Shown here in pieces: positions 28,733-37,652 of a DNA stretch of 64,000 nucleotides. Source of the DNA: Candidatus Saccharimonadales bacterium (GTDB lineage Bacteria > Patescibacteriota > Saccharimonadia > Saccharimonadales > EFPC-124); NCBI GenBank assembly GCA_050730875.1, contig JBOHNX010000002.1, forward strand, positions 156,805-220,804, given 5' to 3'. Both the position numbers and the translations under genes were made by a program. Position 1 is the stretch's first letter. Each line of letters opens with the position of its first letter. The notes beneath the pieces were generated by a model. It saw only the letters and a list, made by a program, of their open reading frames with translations. It was not told where the DNA came from and did not search any database.

Positions 28733-29827
28733 ATGAAACTAACAGTCACCCAGGAGAACCTCGGCCGGGCACTCCAGGTAGTTGGGCGAGTCGCATCGGG
28801 CAAAACTCCCCTACCCATTCTGAACAATATTTTGTTTCGAACTGACAGTAATCGACTTTTGCTGGCAGCAACAAACCTTGAACTAGCTGTGACTCAACAT
28901 GTCGGCAGTAAGATTGATCGCGAAGGCAGCATCACTGTCCCCGCCCGTCTGATGAGTGAATTTGTGGCAAACCTACCAAAAGGTAATGTTGAACTGGAAG
29001 TGGACGGCACAAAGATGCATATTAGCTGCGGTGCCTACACCTCCACAATTAACGGTATGGCGCCGGATGAATTCCCGGAACTTCCTGCAATCACCGAAAA
29101 ACAAGCCGTCACCGTACCAATCGCCGAATTCAAGCGTGCCATTCAGCAAACAGTGGTTGTAGCTTCTGCCGATGACACCCGACCGGTCTTAACTGGTGTG
29201 TTTTGTCACAGTTTTGAGGGTAACTTGTATCTTGCTGCTACGGATGGCTACCGCCTGGCCGAACGCAAATTAGTGTCGACCAAGCAGGACGTAAAAGCAA
29301 TTATTCCAGTTACTGCGCTTAACGATGTGCTCCGAGTCATTCACGATGACATGAGCGAGGCCAAACTGGTCTTTGATGAAAACCAGGTGCGCATCTTTTT
29401 GGATGACATCGAAATAACCTCGCGTTTAATTGACGGCGCATTCCCCGATTATCGCCAGCTTATCCCAGCGGAAAGCGACATTGTTATTACGCTCGCGAGG
29501 GACGAATTCGCTCGTATTACAAAAGTCGCCAGCTTGTTTGCACGCGAGAGTGGCGGTAGTGTCACGCTTAAGGCCGGCGCTAAGAGCAAAAAACTTAGCA
29601 TTCATTCTGTTGCATCGCAGTTAGGCGAAAATACTTCGGAGGCCGATGCCGATGTTTCGGCTGACGGCCAAGTAACGCTCAACTCACGCTACCTGCTTGA
29701 GGCGCTCGGATGTATCGACAACAAGCAGGTCAGTTTCCGCTTTAGCGGCAAACTGTCTCCGTGTGTGTTAACAGCCGCTGACGGTGCGCAGGATTACCAG
29801 CACATCATTATGCCGCTGAAAAGCTAG
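28733..29827 (+). CDS. dnaN: DNA polymerase III beta sliding clamp
   Basis: MKLTVTQENLGRALQVVGRVASGKTPLPILNNILF... 364 aa. SD AAAGGAG upstream. Conserved dnaA-dnaN-recF order. Confidence 0.95.
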   Translation: MKLTVTQENLGRALQVVGRVASGKTPLPILNNILFRTDSNRLLLAATNLELAVTQHVGSKIDREGSITVPARLMSEFVANLPKGNVELEVDGTKMHISCGAYTSTINGMAPDEFPELPAITEKQAVTVPIAEFKRAIQQTVVVASADDTRPVLTGVFCHSFEGNLYLAATDGYRLAERKLVSTKQDVKAIIPVTALNDVLRVIHDDMSEAKLVFDENQVRIFLDDIEITSRLIDGAFPDYRQLIPAESDIVITLARDEFARITKVASLFARESGGSVTLKAGAKSKKLSIHSVASQLGENTSEADADVSADGQVTLNSRYLLEALGCIDNKQVSFRFSGKLSPCVLTAADGAQDYQHIIMPLKS

Positions 29828-29839
29828 TAAGGTGGCCAC

Positions 29840-30904
29840 GTGGCCTATCGTTCGCTTATTCTGCAACAATTTCGTTCGTACACCGATTATTCGGTCGAGT
29901 TTAGTAGTGGCGTCAATATTATCGTCGGCCCCAATGGGAGTGGTAAAACTAATTTGCTCGAGGCGCTTTACGTGCTTTCAACCGGCAGTTCGTTTCGGAC
30001 TAACGACCGCGACTTAGTACAACACGGTAAAAATTGGTTTCGAATCGAGGCTCTGTGGGATGCAGAGCAACGAATTCTCAAGTATCAATTAAAGGATGAT
30101 GGTATTGAAAAACAGTTTAGGCTAGATGGTGTTAAAAAAGCTCGTCTGACCCATGCGCATCGCGTACCGGTGGTACTGTTTGAGCCAGATCATTTGCGCT
30201 TACTTAAAGAATCGCCCTCAGCACGCCGAGATTATCTGGATACGCTGCTTGTTAAATTACAGCCTGATTATTCGTGGTTGAAGCATCAGTTAGAGCGAGT
30301 ACTGCTACAGCGCAATAACGTGCTAAAGCGCCGTCTGCCTCGCGCTGTGCTCGATGACCAGCTCTTTGCCTGGGACATTAAATTTGCCGAACTGGCTGAG
30401 CAAGTCAGCGAACGCCGCAGAGAATTGATTGCAACTATCAACCAGCAGATTGGTAATGTGTACTCTAAGATCGCCCACAAGGATAGTCGTGTGGAAATGA
30501 GCTACGAGAGCCAGATTTCGGCACTAAGTTACCGCAGCGGGCTTCTGAAGCGGCTGAGCGAGACGATTGAGCGCGATGTGGAACGCGGTTTTACGACCGT
30601 TGGGCCACAACGCGATGATTTTTCGCTTGCCTTAAATGGTGCGCCCGCGGCTACCGCGGCATCGCGTGGTGAGCTTCGTAGCTTGCTGTTAGCGCTTAAA
30701 ATTATCGAGCTACGCTTGCTGGCTCAGCAACAAGACACCACTCCCCTGCTGCTATTAGACGATGTGTTTTCGGAACTCGACACATCACGCCGACGCGCCT
30801 TAGCTGAGCTAGCAAAGGAATACCAAACACTTATAACAACCACCGATGCCGACGCAATTTTAAAGCACTTTTTAGATGGTTATAAGATAATAGCTACAGG
30901 TTAG
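29840..30904 (+). CDS. recF: DNA replication and repair protein RecF
   Basis: Walker A GPNGSGKTNLLEA, SMC-type signature SRGELRSLLLALKI, Walker B LLLLDDVFSELD. Confidence 0.92.
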   Translation: MAYRSLILQQFRSYTDYSVEFSSGVNIIVGPNGSGKTNLLEALYVLSTGSSFRTNDRDLVQHGKNWFRIEALWDAEQRILKYQLKDDGIEKQFRLDGVKKARLTHAHRVPVVLFEPDHLRLLKESPSARRDYLDTLLVKLQPDYSWLKHQLERVLLQRNNVLKRRLPRAVLDDQLFAWDIKFAELAEQVSERRRELIATINQQIGNVYSKIAHKDSRVEMSYESQISALSYRSGLLKRLSETIERDVERGFTTVGPQRDDFSLALNGAPAATAASRGELRSLLLALKIIELRLLAQQQDTTPLLLLDDVFSELDTSRRRALAELAKEYQTLITTTDADAILKHFLDGYKIIATG

Positions 30905-32331
30905 AGCGGATCGGCTGGGTCATAGATAACTGCAACCCCGTCTAGGTTGACACCCTGGCTGGTTAGATAGTTAAGCGCCTGTTGACGCAGCGCTTGGGTG
31001 TCTTCCCTGAAGCGGTCGAGTTGGCTGGCGTTATTTAGAATAGCTCGGGTTTGGATAACAACGGTGGGCCGAGTGATGCTGGTGTACGTAATGAGCAGGT
31101 TTGTAGTTTCGTAAGGGGTAATGTTGGCGAGCGTGTCTTCTGCGGCTGGCGGCTTTGTGGTAGTGACGTGATACACGGTCGCTCGGGTTTGCTTTTCGTA
31201 AGTTGTAACGTAAAAACCATCTGCTCCATCTTGCGTAATGGAGGCAGTTTGCCGAGGAAGGTTGGCTACTTGCTGGCTGCTCTGTTGATTTGTATCGTAG
31301 CGCCAAAGTGCTTTGTTGAGTGCATACACGAAATTGCTGTTACTAACCCATAGCACGCGTGCGTGGTCGATGTCGGTAACTTTTTCTTTGGTCTGCGTGT
31401 TAAATAGGTACGCCTGTTGATCACGCTCTTTAACAGTGGCCAATGCGCCGTCCGGACTTAGGCTTGCGGTAGTCAAGGGGCCTTTTACCGTTTGTTCTTG
31501 CTTGCTGTTTGTGTCTACTAGCAGCAAGTCTATTTGGTAGTTGTCGAATTGTGAGCGTAAATCTTCTTTACTGTACGGCAACGCGGTTGCATAAAGCCCG
31601 ATGGTTGAACCGCCAAACACGAGCGAATCAAACTGCTTTTTGGCGGTGTATATTTTTTTAGGTTTGCTAGAGACGTTTTCGTATAAAAAGACATCTTGTT
31701 TATAGGCAACTACAAACGATTCCTGTTGTGGATTGGTGGCCACAATAAATTTGTTTTCATCTCCCCCTTCAACCGAAATGCCTTCGAGGTTGAGGTTTTG
31801 AAGACCGCCACTGGTCACTACTGCCAACCGATCTCCTGTGCCAACGATTGCTTGGCCGGCTCGGTACGGTTGGTAGGCCGTGACGCGTGTGAGCTCCTCG
31901 TATGCCCGTTCTTGGCTGGCTTGGTCGACACGCTTGAGAGATTCGGTAAGTGGATCAAAGCCAACGAGCACGTCACCAGAAACAATTGCGCCATATAATG
32001 CACTATTTGCTGCGACGTCGGTATAGAGTTTTTGGGTTGTGCCAAGCTGTACCTTCTGAGAAGAGAGCGGGCTGACTGTCACGTGCTTCGAAGTGCCGAA
32101 CTTGTCGGATTTTAGCGTCACTCGGTATGTCCCTGGTGCAAGTTTGTATGATGACTGTGCCCCTTCAACAACGGTTTTACCGTCAAGGGTTGCGATGGTG
32201 ACTGTTGGCTTCTCCCCTGCCTCGATCTCTACAGTGCCTTTATAAACAAATTCATAGAGCGCCCAGATAGCCGAGCCAACGATTGCGGCTACAATGAGCG
32301 CCGTAATGATAAATCGCACGAGCCTATTCAT
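30901..32331 (-). CDS. Hypothetical N-terminally anchored extracytoplasmic beta-rich protein (last gene of the T4SS-like operon)
   Basis: A TM helix (FIITALIVAAIVGSAIWAL) followed by about 440 aa of beta-rich sequence. Its stop overlaps the recF stop by 4 nt (convergent). Confidence 0.5.
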   Translation of the reverse strand: MNRLVRFIITALIVAAIVGSAIWALYEFVYKGTVEIEAGEKPTVTIATLDGKTVVEGAQSSYKLAPGTYRVTLKSDKFGTSKHVTVSPLSSQKVQLGTTQKLYTDVAANSALYGAIVSGDVLVGFDPLTESLKRVDQASQERAYEELTRVTAYQPYRAGQAIVGTGDRLAVVTSGGLQNLNLEGISVEGGDENKFIVATNPQQESFVVAYKQDVFLYENVSSKPKKIYTAKKQFDSLVFGGSTIGLYATALPYSKEDLRSQFDNYQIDLLLVDTNSKQEQTVKGPLTTASLSPDGALATVKERDQQAYLFNTQTKEKVTDIDHARVLWVSNSNFVYALNKALWRYDTNQQSSQQVANLPRQTASITQDGADGFYVTTYEKQTRATVYHVTTTKPPAAEDTLANITPYETTNLLITYTSITRPTVVIQTRAILNNASQLDRFREDTQALRQQALNYLTSQGVNLDGVAVIYDPADPL

Positions 32332-32818
32332 TCTGCGCCTCCGTGATTGTTACTTCGGGTGTCAGTGCGTCGTCGGAAAGTTTTACGGTGACATCGTAAC
32401 GTGCCTCTGGATCTATAGATACGAGCGTAAACTTGTACGTTGCTGGGCTATCGGCTATCCGCGAGACTGACGCGTCGAGGACGCCAGCAGTGACGCTAGT
32501 GGCGCCTGCCTGTGCTCTCAGAAAGTTTGTCAAAGCTTCTGTAATACTTTCGGCTTGCTCGAGTTCAATAGTGTCGTAAAAGTCATTGAGGCCGGAAATC
32601 GAAACTTGGTTGACGGCGGTTTCGTGAGCATGGCCGGTTTCGGCCTCTTCTTCCTTTTCGGGGAAGGCGCTGCGAGCTTCGCCGCTGATTTTGTCGGTGT
32701 AGATGACCTCTTCTTTACCTACTTCCGGCTGTTGCATAGCTATAACAACCCACACAATAACCGCCAGCCCGACGATGATTACTAGTATCGAAGCAATAGT
32801 GATCGATCGCTCGTTCAT
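32324..32818 (-). CDS. Hypothetical bitopic membrane protein
   Basis: A single TM (ITIASILVIIVGLAVIVWVVIAM). Overlaps both neighbours, consistent with an operon. Confidence 0.5.
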   Translation of the reverse strand: MNERSITIASILVIIVGLAVIVWVVIAMQQPEVGKEEVIYTDKISGEARSAFPEKEEEAETGHAHETAVNQVSISGLNDFYDTIELEQAESITEALTNFLRAQAGATSVTAGVLDASVSRIADSPATYKFTLVSIDPEARYDVTVKLSDDALTPEVTITEAQNE

Positions 32819-34044
32819 TTCAGATACTCCAAACTATCGTTTTTAGGATTATGGCCAACAAAGTAGTAGTTAAAGTGCCATGGTTCAAATATCCCACCAG
32901 TGCCACCTTGTCCGTTCTTTGCCCAGTTTGGCCAGAACCAGCCAAAGCGTGGTCCGTTGAGCACCAGCCAATCGTGCTGTTTGGTGCCGTCTTCGGAAAG
33001 GGCGCCAGTAAAGTCGATTGCCGTCCCCCACAGGTGTCCTGGAGGCGGATAGTTCGGATCATACCCCGCACAGGCCGGGTTGGTAATTGCACAGTTTTTT
33101 TGCTCTTCTGCCGAGCGGAAACCTTGGCCAACCGGCATTCGCCTGCCAAAGGTCTTCTTGTATTCGGCGTCGACAGCAAGGAACGAATCACAGGCAGGCC
33201 CTTTTAATAGTTTAAACCCTGGTTGCTCTGGACGTGGTGTGCAGAGCAAGCTCGCTGGTAGCTCGCCTGCCTTATATTTCTTGAGAAGTTCGGTGTAATC
33301 TACCTTTGCGCCAACGCCGGCGCCAAAACAACCGCTGGTGCCAGCTACGTTGGCATAGACGGTCATTGCACCGTAGCGGGTTTCCTTACGGCCAGCCAAT
33401 GTTTCACCTGGAATGTTCGGAAAGGTCATGTCTTTGTGTGCGGCATCGTACTGGTTCATGACATAGGGCGATTTGTCTGGCGAAGTGTTGGCATTTTTGT
33501 ACGAATAGCCGCGGTTGTACACAATGAACGCTTGTTGTAGCTGCTCAAAGTTCATGGGTTTGGTGACATCCACATCGTAAACGCCTTTTGCCAAGCCTTT
33601 GAGGATTCGAGAGCCAAAAATAATGCTTTCTAATTTGGTTTTTGGTGCCAGTTCAGGATGGTCTACGGATGGTCTACCAAGTGGTTCCCCGCCTAGCATC
33701 GACTTGTTTGGGTCATTATTATTTTCTCGGTAGTCGATTGCGGCGAACACTTGCCACGGAATTTTGGTTTCGGTGCTGGCTTGTTGGTATACGTCTTGCA
33801 GTTCGTTAATGCGTTTACGTGTTGTCTCGTCGATTTTTGTTGAAGATGGTTTGACGGCTGTTGTTCCACTACTGCTATCGCCACCGCAGGAGGCTATGTC
33901 GATTGGGTCATAAAACTCATGCACCTGGCGGATTGCCTCGAGCTCCTGGTTGGATATTGCTAGAGCCGGCACTACCCCGCTTGCTGCCAATACAACTGCC
34001 ACAAAAGCGGCACGAAAAACTTGGGTACATTGCCTAAGGCTCAC
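32815..34044 (-). CDS. Secreted peptidoglycan hydrolase with a C-terminal M15 (VanY/LAS-type D,D- or L,D-peptidase) domain
   Basis: Signal peptide ...VVPALA. LAS zinc-peptidase motifs GFRSAEEQ ... HLWGTAIDF ... EPWHFNY. The N-terminal half is unassigned. Confidence 0.75.
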   Translation of the reverse strand: MSLRQCTQVFRAAFVAVVLAASGVVPALAISNQELEAIRQVHEFYDPIDIASCGGDSSSGTTAVKPSSTKIDETTRKRINELQDVYQQASTETKIPWQVFAAIDYRENNNDPNKSMLGGEPLGRPSVDHPELAPKTKLESIIFGSRILKGLAKGVYDVDVTKPMNFEQLQQAFIVYNRGYSYKNANTSPDKSPYVMNQYDAAHKDMTFPNIPGETLAGRKETRYGAMTVYANVAGTSGCFGAGVGAKVDYTELLKKYKAGELPASLLCTPRPEQPGFKLLKGPACDSFLAVDAEYKKTFGRRMPVGQGFRSAEEQKNCAITNPACAGYDPNYPPPGHLWGTAIDFTGALSEDGTKQHDWLVLNGPRFGWFWPNWAKNGQGGTGGIFEPWHFNYYFVGHNPKNDSLEYLK

Positions 34045-34505
34045 GGGAAGATCTCCACTTTTACGACATCGTCTGGCATTTTTGTGGCGATAACATAAAA
34101 CAGGTCTTCTCCCGCTTCATTGCGAATACTAAAGCCGTAGCGGTCGGGCGAAAGTTCGCTAATGTAATTATCATCGATATACACTTTCTTTTCTTGGCGC
34201 GTTTCGTACGCGTAGTTCATGACGTTCTCGTTAATAAACAATGCCTGGGCGTCGCTGAATTTTGTAAATAGCACCTCAAAATTTTCTATGTATATGCTAT
34301 CGTGTTTTTCGATAGCTTCCTCATGTTGTGGCTCGCTTCCAGATTGCTCCTGTTCCTTCTCTTGCTCCCTCTCCTCGGTGGTGACTTGATTTGGCTTGGT
34401 GGTAACAGGAGACTGACGGGTCACAAAGCCGAGCACCGCTAGACCGGCAATAATGGTGACAGCAATGGCTGCAATAACAAGCAGTTTTGTGCGTGGCCCT
34501 AGCAT
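34041..34505 (-). CDS. Hypothetical bitopic membrane protein
   Basis: A single TM (LLVIAAIAVTIIAGLAVLGFV) followed by an acidic linker. Overlaps both neighbours. Confidence 0.5.
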   Translation of the reverse strand: MLGPRTKLLVIAAIAVTIIAGLAVLGFVTRQSPVTTKPNQVTTEEREQEKEQEQSGSEPQHEEAIEKHDSIYIENFEVLFTKFSDAQALFINENVMNYAYETRQEKKVYIDDNYISELSPDRYGFSIRNEAGEDLFYVIATKMPDDVVKVEIFP

Positions 34506-37500
34506 GATATACCCGCCTTATACACCCCCTCGCGCTTAAGATACTTGAGTGGATCTTGAGCATAGGGTGCATTGTTTATTGGCCGGTCTTTGGCGATGGT
34601 AAAGTGTACGTGCGCACCAAATGACTGGCCGGTATTGCCTTCGTATCCAAGCAAGTGGCCTTTTGAAATCGTTTGACCCGACCTTACAGATGGTCTTTGA
34701 GACATGTGCATGTAAATGGTATAGAGGTTATTCCCATGTTTTAGGACAACCCAGTTTCCGGCAGAGTTACTCCAGCCAGCAGTCAGCACTTGTCCGCCAT
34801 CGGCTGCGTGTACTTCGGTTCGGCCCGCGCCTTTTTTGCCAATCATGTCTAACCCGTAATGAAAACCACCACTACGGTTGCCATAACAAGATGTTATACC
34901 GGCGAAATCGCTAGCTTCAATTGGCCATTCGAACTGGCCAGTCGAACCGCCGCCACTGCTTGGGTCGGAGATGTTGCTGAGCGATGGCGCGGTTTTGTCG
35001 AGCGGTTCGTTTGTGTAGTAGGCAGCAAATGTCTCAGCAACTTGCTCGTCCAGTATACATATGTTGGCGTTCGGATTTTCGCCGCGTCCCAAGCCGCGAT
35101 CAGTCCAGCCTGCAGTTCCGGCATCCTGCGGGGTGCGGTCGTTCGGGCAGGGCTTGGCGTCGTTTTCGTCGCGGAGCGGCGTGGAGATTTCACCCCCAAA
35201 GCCATACTGCGGAATGTGGAATGGGTTCGGTTCGCCATTTGCGGCATTGACGCCGCTACTTGCACCGGCCAGTTTCAGCGGCATCAGCGGATTGAGGATA
35301 TTGGCAACGAAGTGCCCTGGCGATACGCCGCCGGTTGGCATGGCTGTGGCTAGTTGGCTGCTGAAGGATTGTTGATATTCTGTCGAGAACATTTTCTCGA
35401 AGAGTGAAAGCTGAGCAAATTTTGCCTGCTCTTCCTGGCGGATTTGGGCTACTTGGTCGGCAGCCTCTTTTTCGGAAAGCAGCCGTCCGCCATAACCGTA
35501 CGGTTCGCCATCAACATCTACGCCACCGCGCACGAGGTCGTTTTGCGACCACACCGCCCCGCCCCAGGCTGCATCGTACAGTTTGGCGCCGCTAATATCT
35601 TCGACACTTTCGAACGGTGGCGCGAGCGCCCACTTCACGATTGCTTTTGTAACCGGTTGCATCGTGTTTTTAATAAATTCGAGCACCTCTTTACCGAGTT
35701 TGGTTTCGAGCGCTGCTTCGGTGGCAGCATCGAGTGGTGCGTTTATGGTTTCGACTACTTCGTTTCCAACGGCAGCGACTTCGTCGGCAAATTTACCAAG
35801 ATCACCTAGTTTTTCGCGAATAGCCTCGACGTTCGCGAACAGTTCTTTGGCTGGTGGTACGGTGTCAAATCGCCACTGCGGACACAGCAGTTGATTCGGC
35901 GGTATGGTATCACCGTCACCATTACAAACATGTGGATACTCCCCTTCCGCCGCTATAGCCGGTTTGCCTAGTATGGTCGAGAAGTTTGCTAGGCCCTCCA
36001 CATTGCCGTAGCGGCTTTGCCAGACATAACTCTTTTCTGCTCCCTTCAAGACACTATCGTAAGCTCCATCAACATTGAGGTCGTATACTTGTTTGGCACC
36101 TTGCCGTTCATCGTTCGCTAAGCGCAGAATCTGATATGCCCCCGTAAAGCCGGCAGCTTTCACCATTGTGGCCGCGTATTGCATTTGCGGCCCGCTGGCA
36201 AAGTCGTAAATGTTATACAAAAGCAGTCCCATCGCCACGGCGCCATAGGCGGATATTGCCAAGTCGATTATCGTGCCGATTACTGGTATGACGTTCGCAA
36301 GCTTAGATGCTACCGCTGGCCCCAACCGCTCGGCTACTTTAAGGATGATCTTTTTGACCATAAACGCGGTCAGGTGTTTTTCGCTGCGGCCTTTAAATTC
36401 GTCGGCAAGTTTTATGAGGTCCTCTACCTTGTTATCGCCAAACTGGGCCTTGAGTTTGTCAATCTCCGCCCCGTACCTATCGCGGAAACGCGAATCACTT
36501 TCTTTGCACGAATAGTCTTTTTGCGAGAACATACAGCCTAAGAAAAGCCCGGCTCTTCCATTAGACGGGAGTATAACACGCCGGATAAGAGCTCCCTGCA
36601 GAGCGGTCTTTATATCGTTTTTCTTGGAGTCGATTCGGTCCCTTGCATCGCAAAAGAAAACACAAGTCGACAGACCATATTTATCGCGCAGGAATTGCCG
36701 CATTTTAATATTGGTGATTGGTCCGGCTCTTGTTTCGTGCTTGAACGTGTCCATGATCTTGGCGTACAGCTCTGCCCGACCTGCCCTAGTAATATCGCCG
36801 TCGCCTCTAAAGAAACGATTAACCTCTTCGTCTATGTTTGCGGCGTTAAAATGGACTTCACTACCGCCTGCTCTCATAATCCATGCTGGCCCGCGTTTGC
36901 CGTTATCCAGCGATGTATCGGGTAAGTAATCTATCGTAATGCCCGCGTTTGCCAGCTTGGCTTCTAGCCGCCCGTCTTTCCAGGCGCGGAATAGTTTTCC
37001 AAGTTTTGTATCGGGGTAATTATCACGTTTTGTGCGGTAAAAACAGTCCTTTGTAACGATTGGCACGGGTGTTTTGTCGCTCTTGCAGTCATTAAATGCG
37101 ACTTTGTTTTTAAAAACATGTGCATTCAGGTAACGTGCTAGCATAAAGCCACCACGCACACCAACGTATTTTTCGAACCGCTGCTTAACCTCGCGCTCAG
37201 CCTGTGTTATAAGCTGTTTCGGAATGGTCGATTGGAAGTAATAAAAGAAACCAGCCGTAAAGCCAGTAAAACTGATTAGCAAACCGCAAAGGCCGATAAT
37301 GAGACGTTTTTTAAGAAGGTTCTTTCCGAAAGGTGAGGTTATCCATGATTTTGCAAACTTTACACGGGATTCGTCTTTGACAGGGCGATAAAAACCACCA
37401 CCTGCTAAGCCTGGTGATGCTTCAAATTTGCCAAGCTGTTCGCCTGCTGCACCTTTTGTCTCAACCTGACCAGCACCACCGACGCTCGACTCAGCGGCTC

Positions 37501-37648
37501 CTAGCTGTTCGGCAGCAGAACGCGGTTCGCGTTCAGGGTGACCAGCGGTGTGCTTGCGAACAACTTCCTCTTGGTGTGAGGCGCCAGGATTGTGTTCCTT
37601 GTGGGGATGTTCGTGCTCTTGGTCGTGTTGGTTTTCGTCGTTTGGCAT
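34499..37648 (-). CDS. Large T4SS-associated membrane protein with a C-terminal M23 peptidoglycan endopeptidase domain
   Basis: Disordered His-rich N-terminus, TM segments (IIGLCGLLISFTGFTAGFFYYF; VIPVIGTIIDLAISAYGAVAMGLLLY), and a C-terminal M23 domain: GFHYGLDM ... GYEGNTGQSFGAHVHF. Directly downstream of virB4. Confidence 0.8.
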   Translation of the reverse strand: MPNDENQHDQEHEHPHKEHNPGASHQEEVVRKHTAGHPEREPRSAAEQLGAAESSVGGAGQVETKGAAGEQLGKFEASPGLAGGGFYRPVKDESRVKFAKSWITSPFGKNLLKKRLIIGLCGLLISFTGFTAGFFYYFQSTIPKQLITQAEREVKQRFEKYVGVRGGFMLARYLNAHVFKNKVAFNDCKSDKTPVPIVTKDCFYRTKRDNYPDTKLGKLFRAWKDGRLEAKLANAGITIDYLPDTSLDNGKRGPAWIMRAGGSEVHFNAANIDEEVNRFFRGDGDITRAGRAELYAKIMDTFKHETRAGPITNIKMRQFLRDKYGLSTCVFFCDARDRIDSKKNDIKTALQGALIRRVILPSNGRAGLFLGCMFSQKDYSCKESDSRFRDRYGAEIDKLKAQFGDNKVEDLIKLADEFKGRSEKHLTAFMVKKIILKVAERLGPAVASKLANVIPVIGTIIDLAISAYGAVAMGLLLYNIYDFASGPQMQYAATMVKAAGFTGAYQILRLANDERQGAKQVYDLNVDGAYDSVLKGAEKSYVWQSRYGNVEGLANFSTILGKPAIAAEGEYPHVCNGDGDTIPPNQLLCPQWRFDTVPPAKELFANVEAIREKLGDLGKFADEVAAVGNEVVETINAPLDAATEAALETKLGKEVLEFIKNTMQPVTKAIVKWALAPPFESVEDISGAKLYDAAWGGAVWSQNDLVRGGVDVDGEPYGYGGRLLSEKEAADQVAQIRQEEQAKFAQLSLFEKMFSTEYQQSFSSQLATAMPTGGVSPGHFVANILNPLMPLKLAGASSGVNAANGEPNPFHIPQYGFGGEISTPLRDENDAKPCPNDRTPQDAGTAGWTDRGLGRGENPNANICILDEQVAETFAAYYTNEPLDKTAPSLSNISDPSSGGGSTGQFEWPIEASDFAGITSCYGNRSGGFHYGLDMIGKKGAGRTEVHAADGGQVLTAGWSNSAGNWVVLKHGNNLYTIYMHMSQRPSVRSGQTISKGHLLGYEGNTGQSFGAHVHFTIAKDRPINNAPYAQDPLKYLKREGVYKAGISC

Positions 37649-37652
37649 GGCG

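Noticed and set aside
28101-28736. A 211-aa ORF and four other overlapping ORFs (28233-28679-, 28273-28572+, 28292-28624-) in the dnaA-dnaN spacer
   Set aside because: They overlap one another on both strands and begin inside dnaA. Their translations are Arg/Cys/His-rich with no family resemblance. The region carries DnaA-box-like sites and nested inverted repeats, so I treat it as non-coding.
30901-30904. 4-nt overlap of the convergent recF and T4SS-operon stop codons with no terminator between them
   Set aside because: This is real in the sequence, but such tight convergent packing is common in small genomes and I do not consider it a finding in itself.
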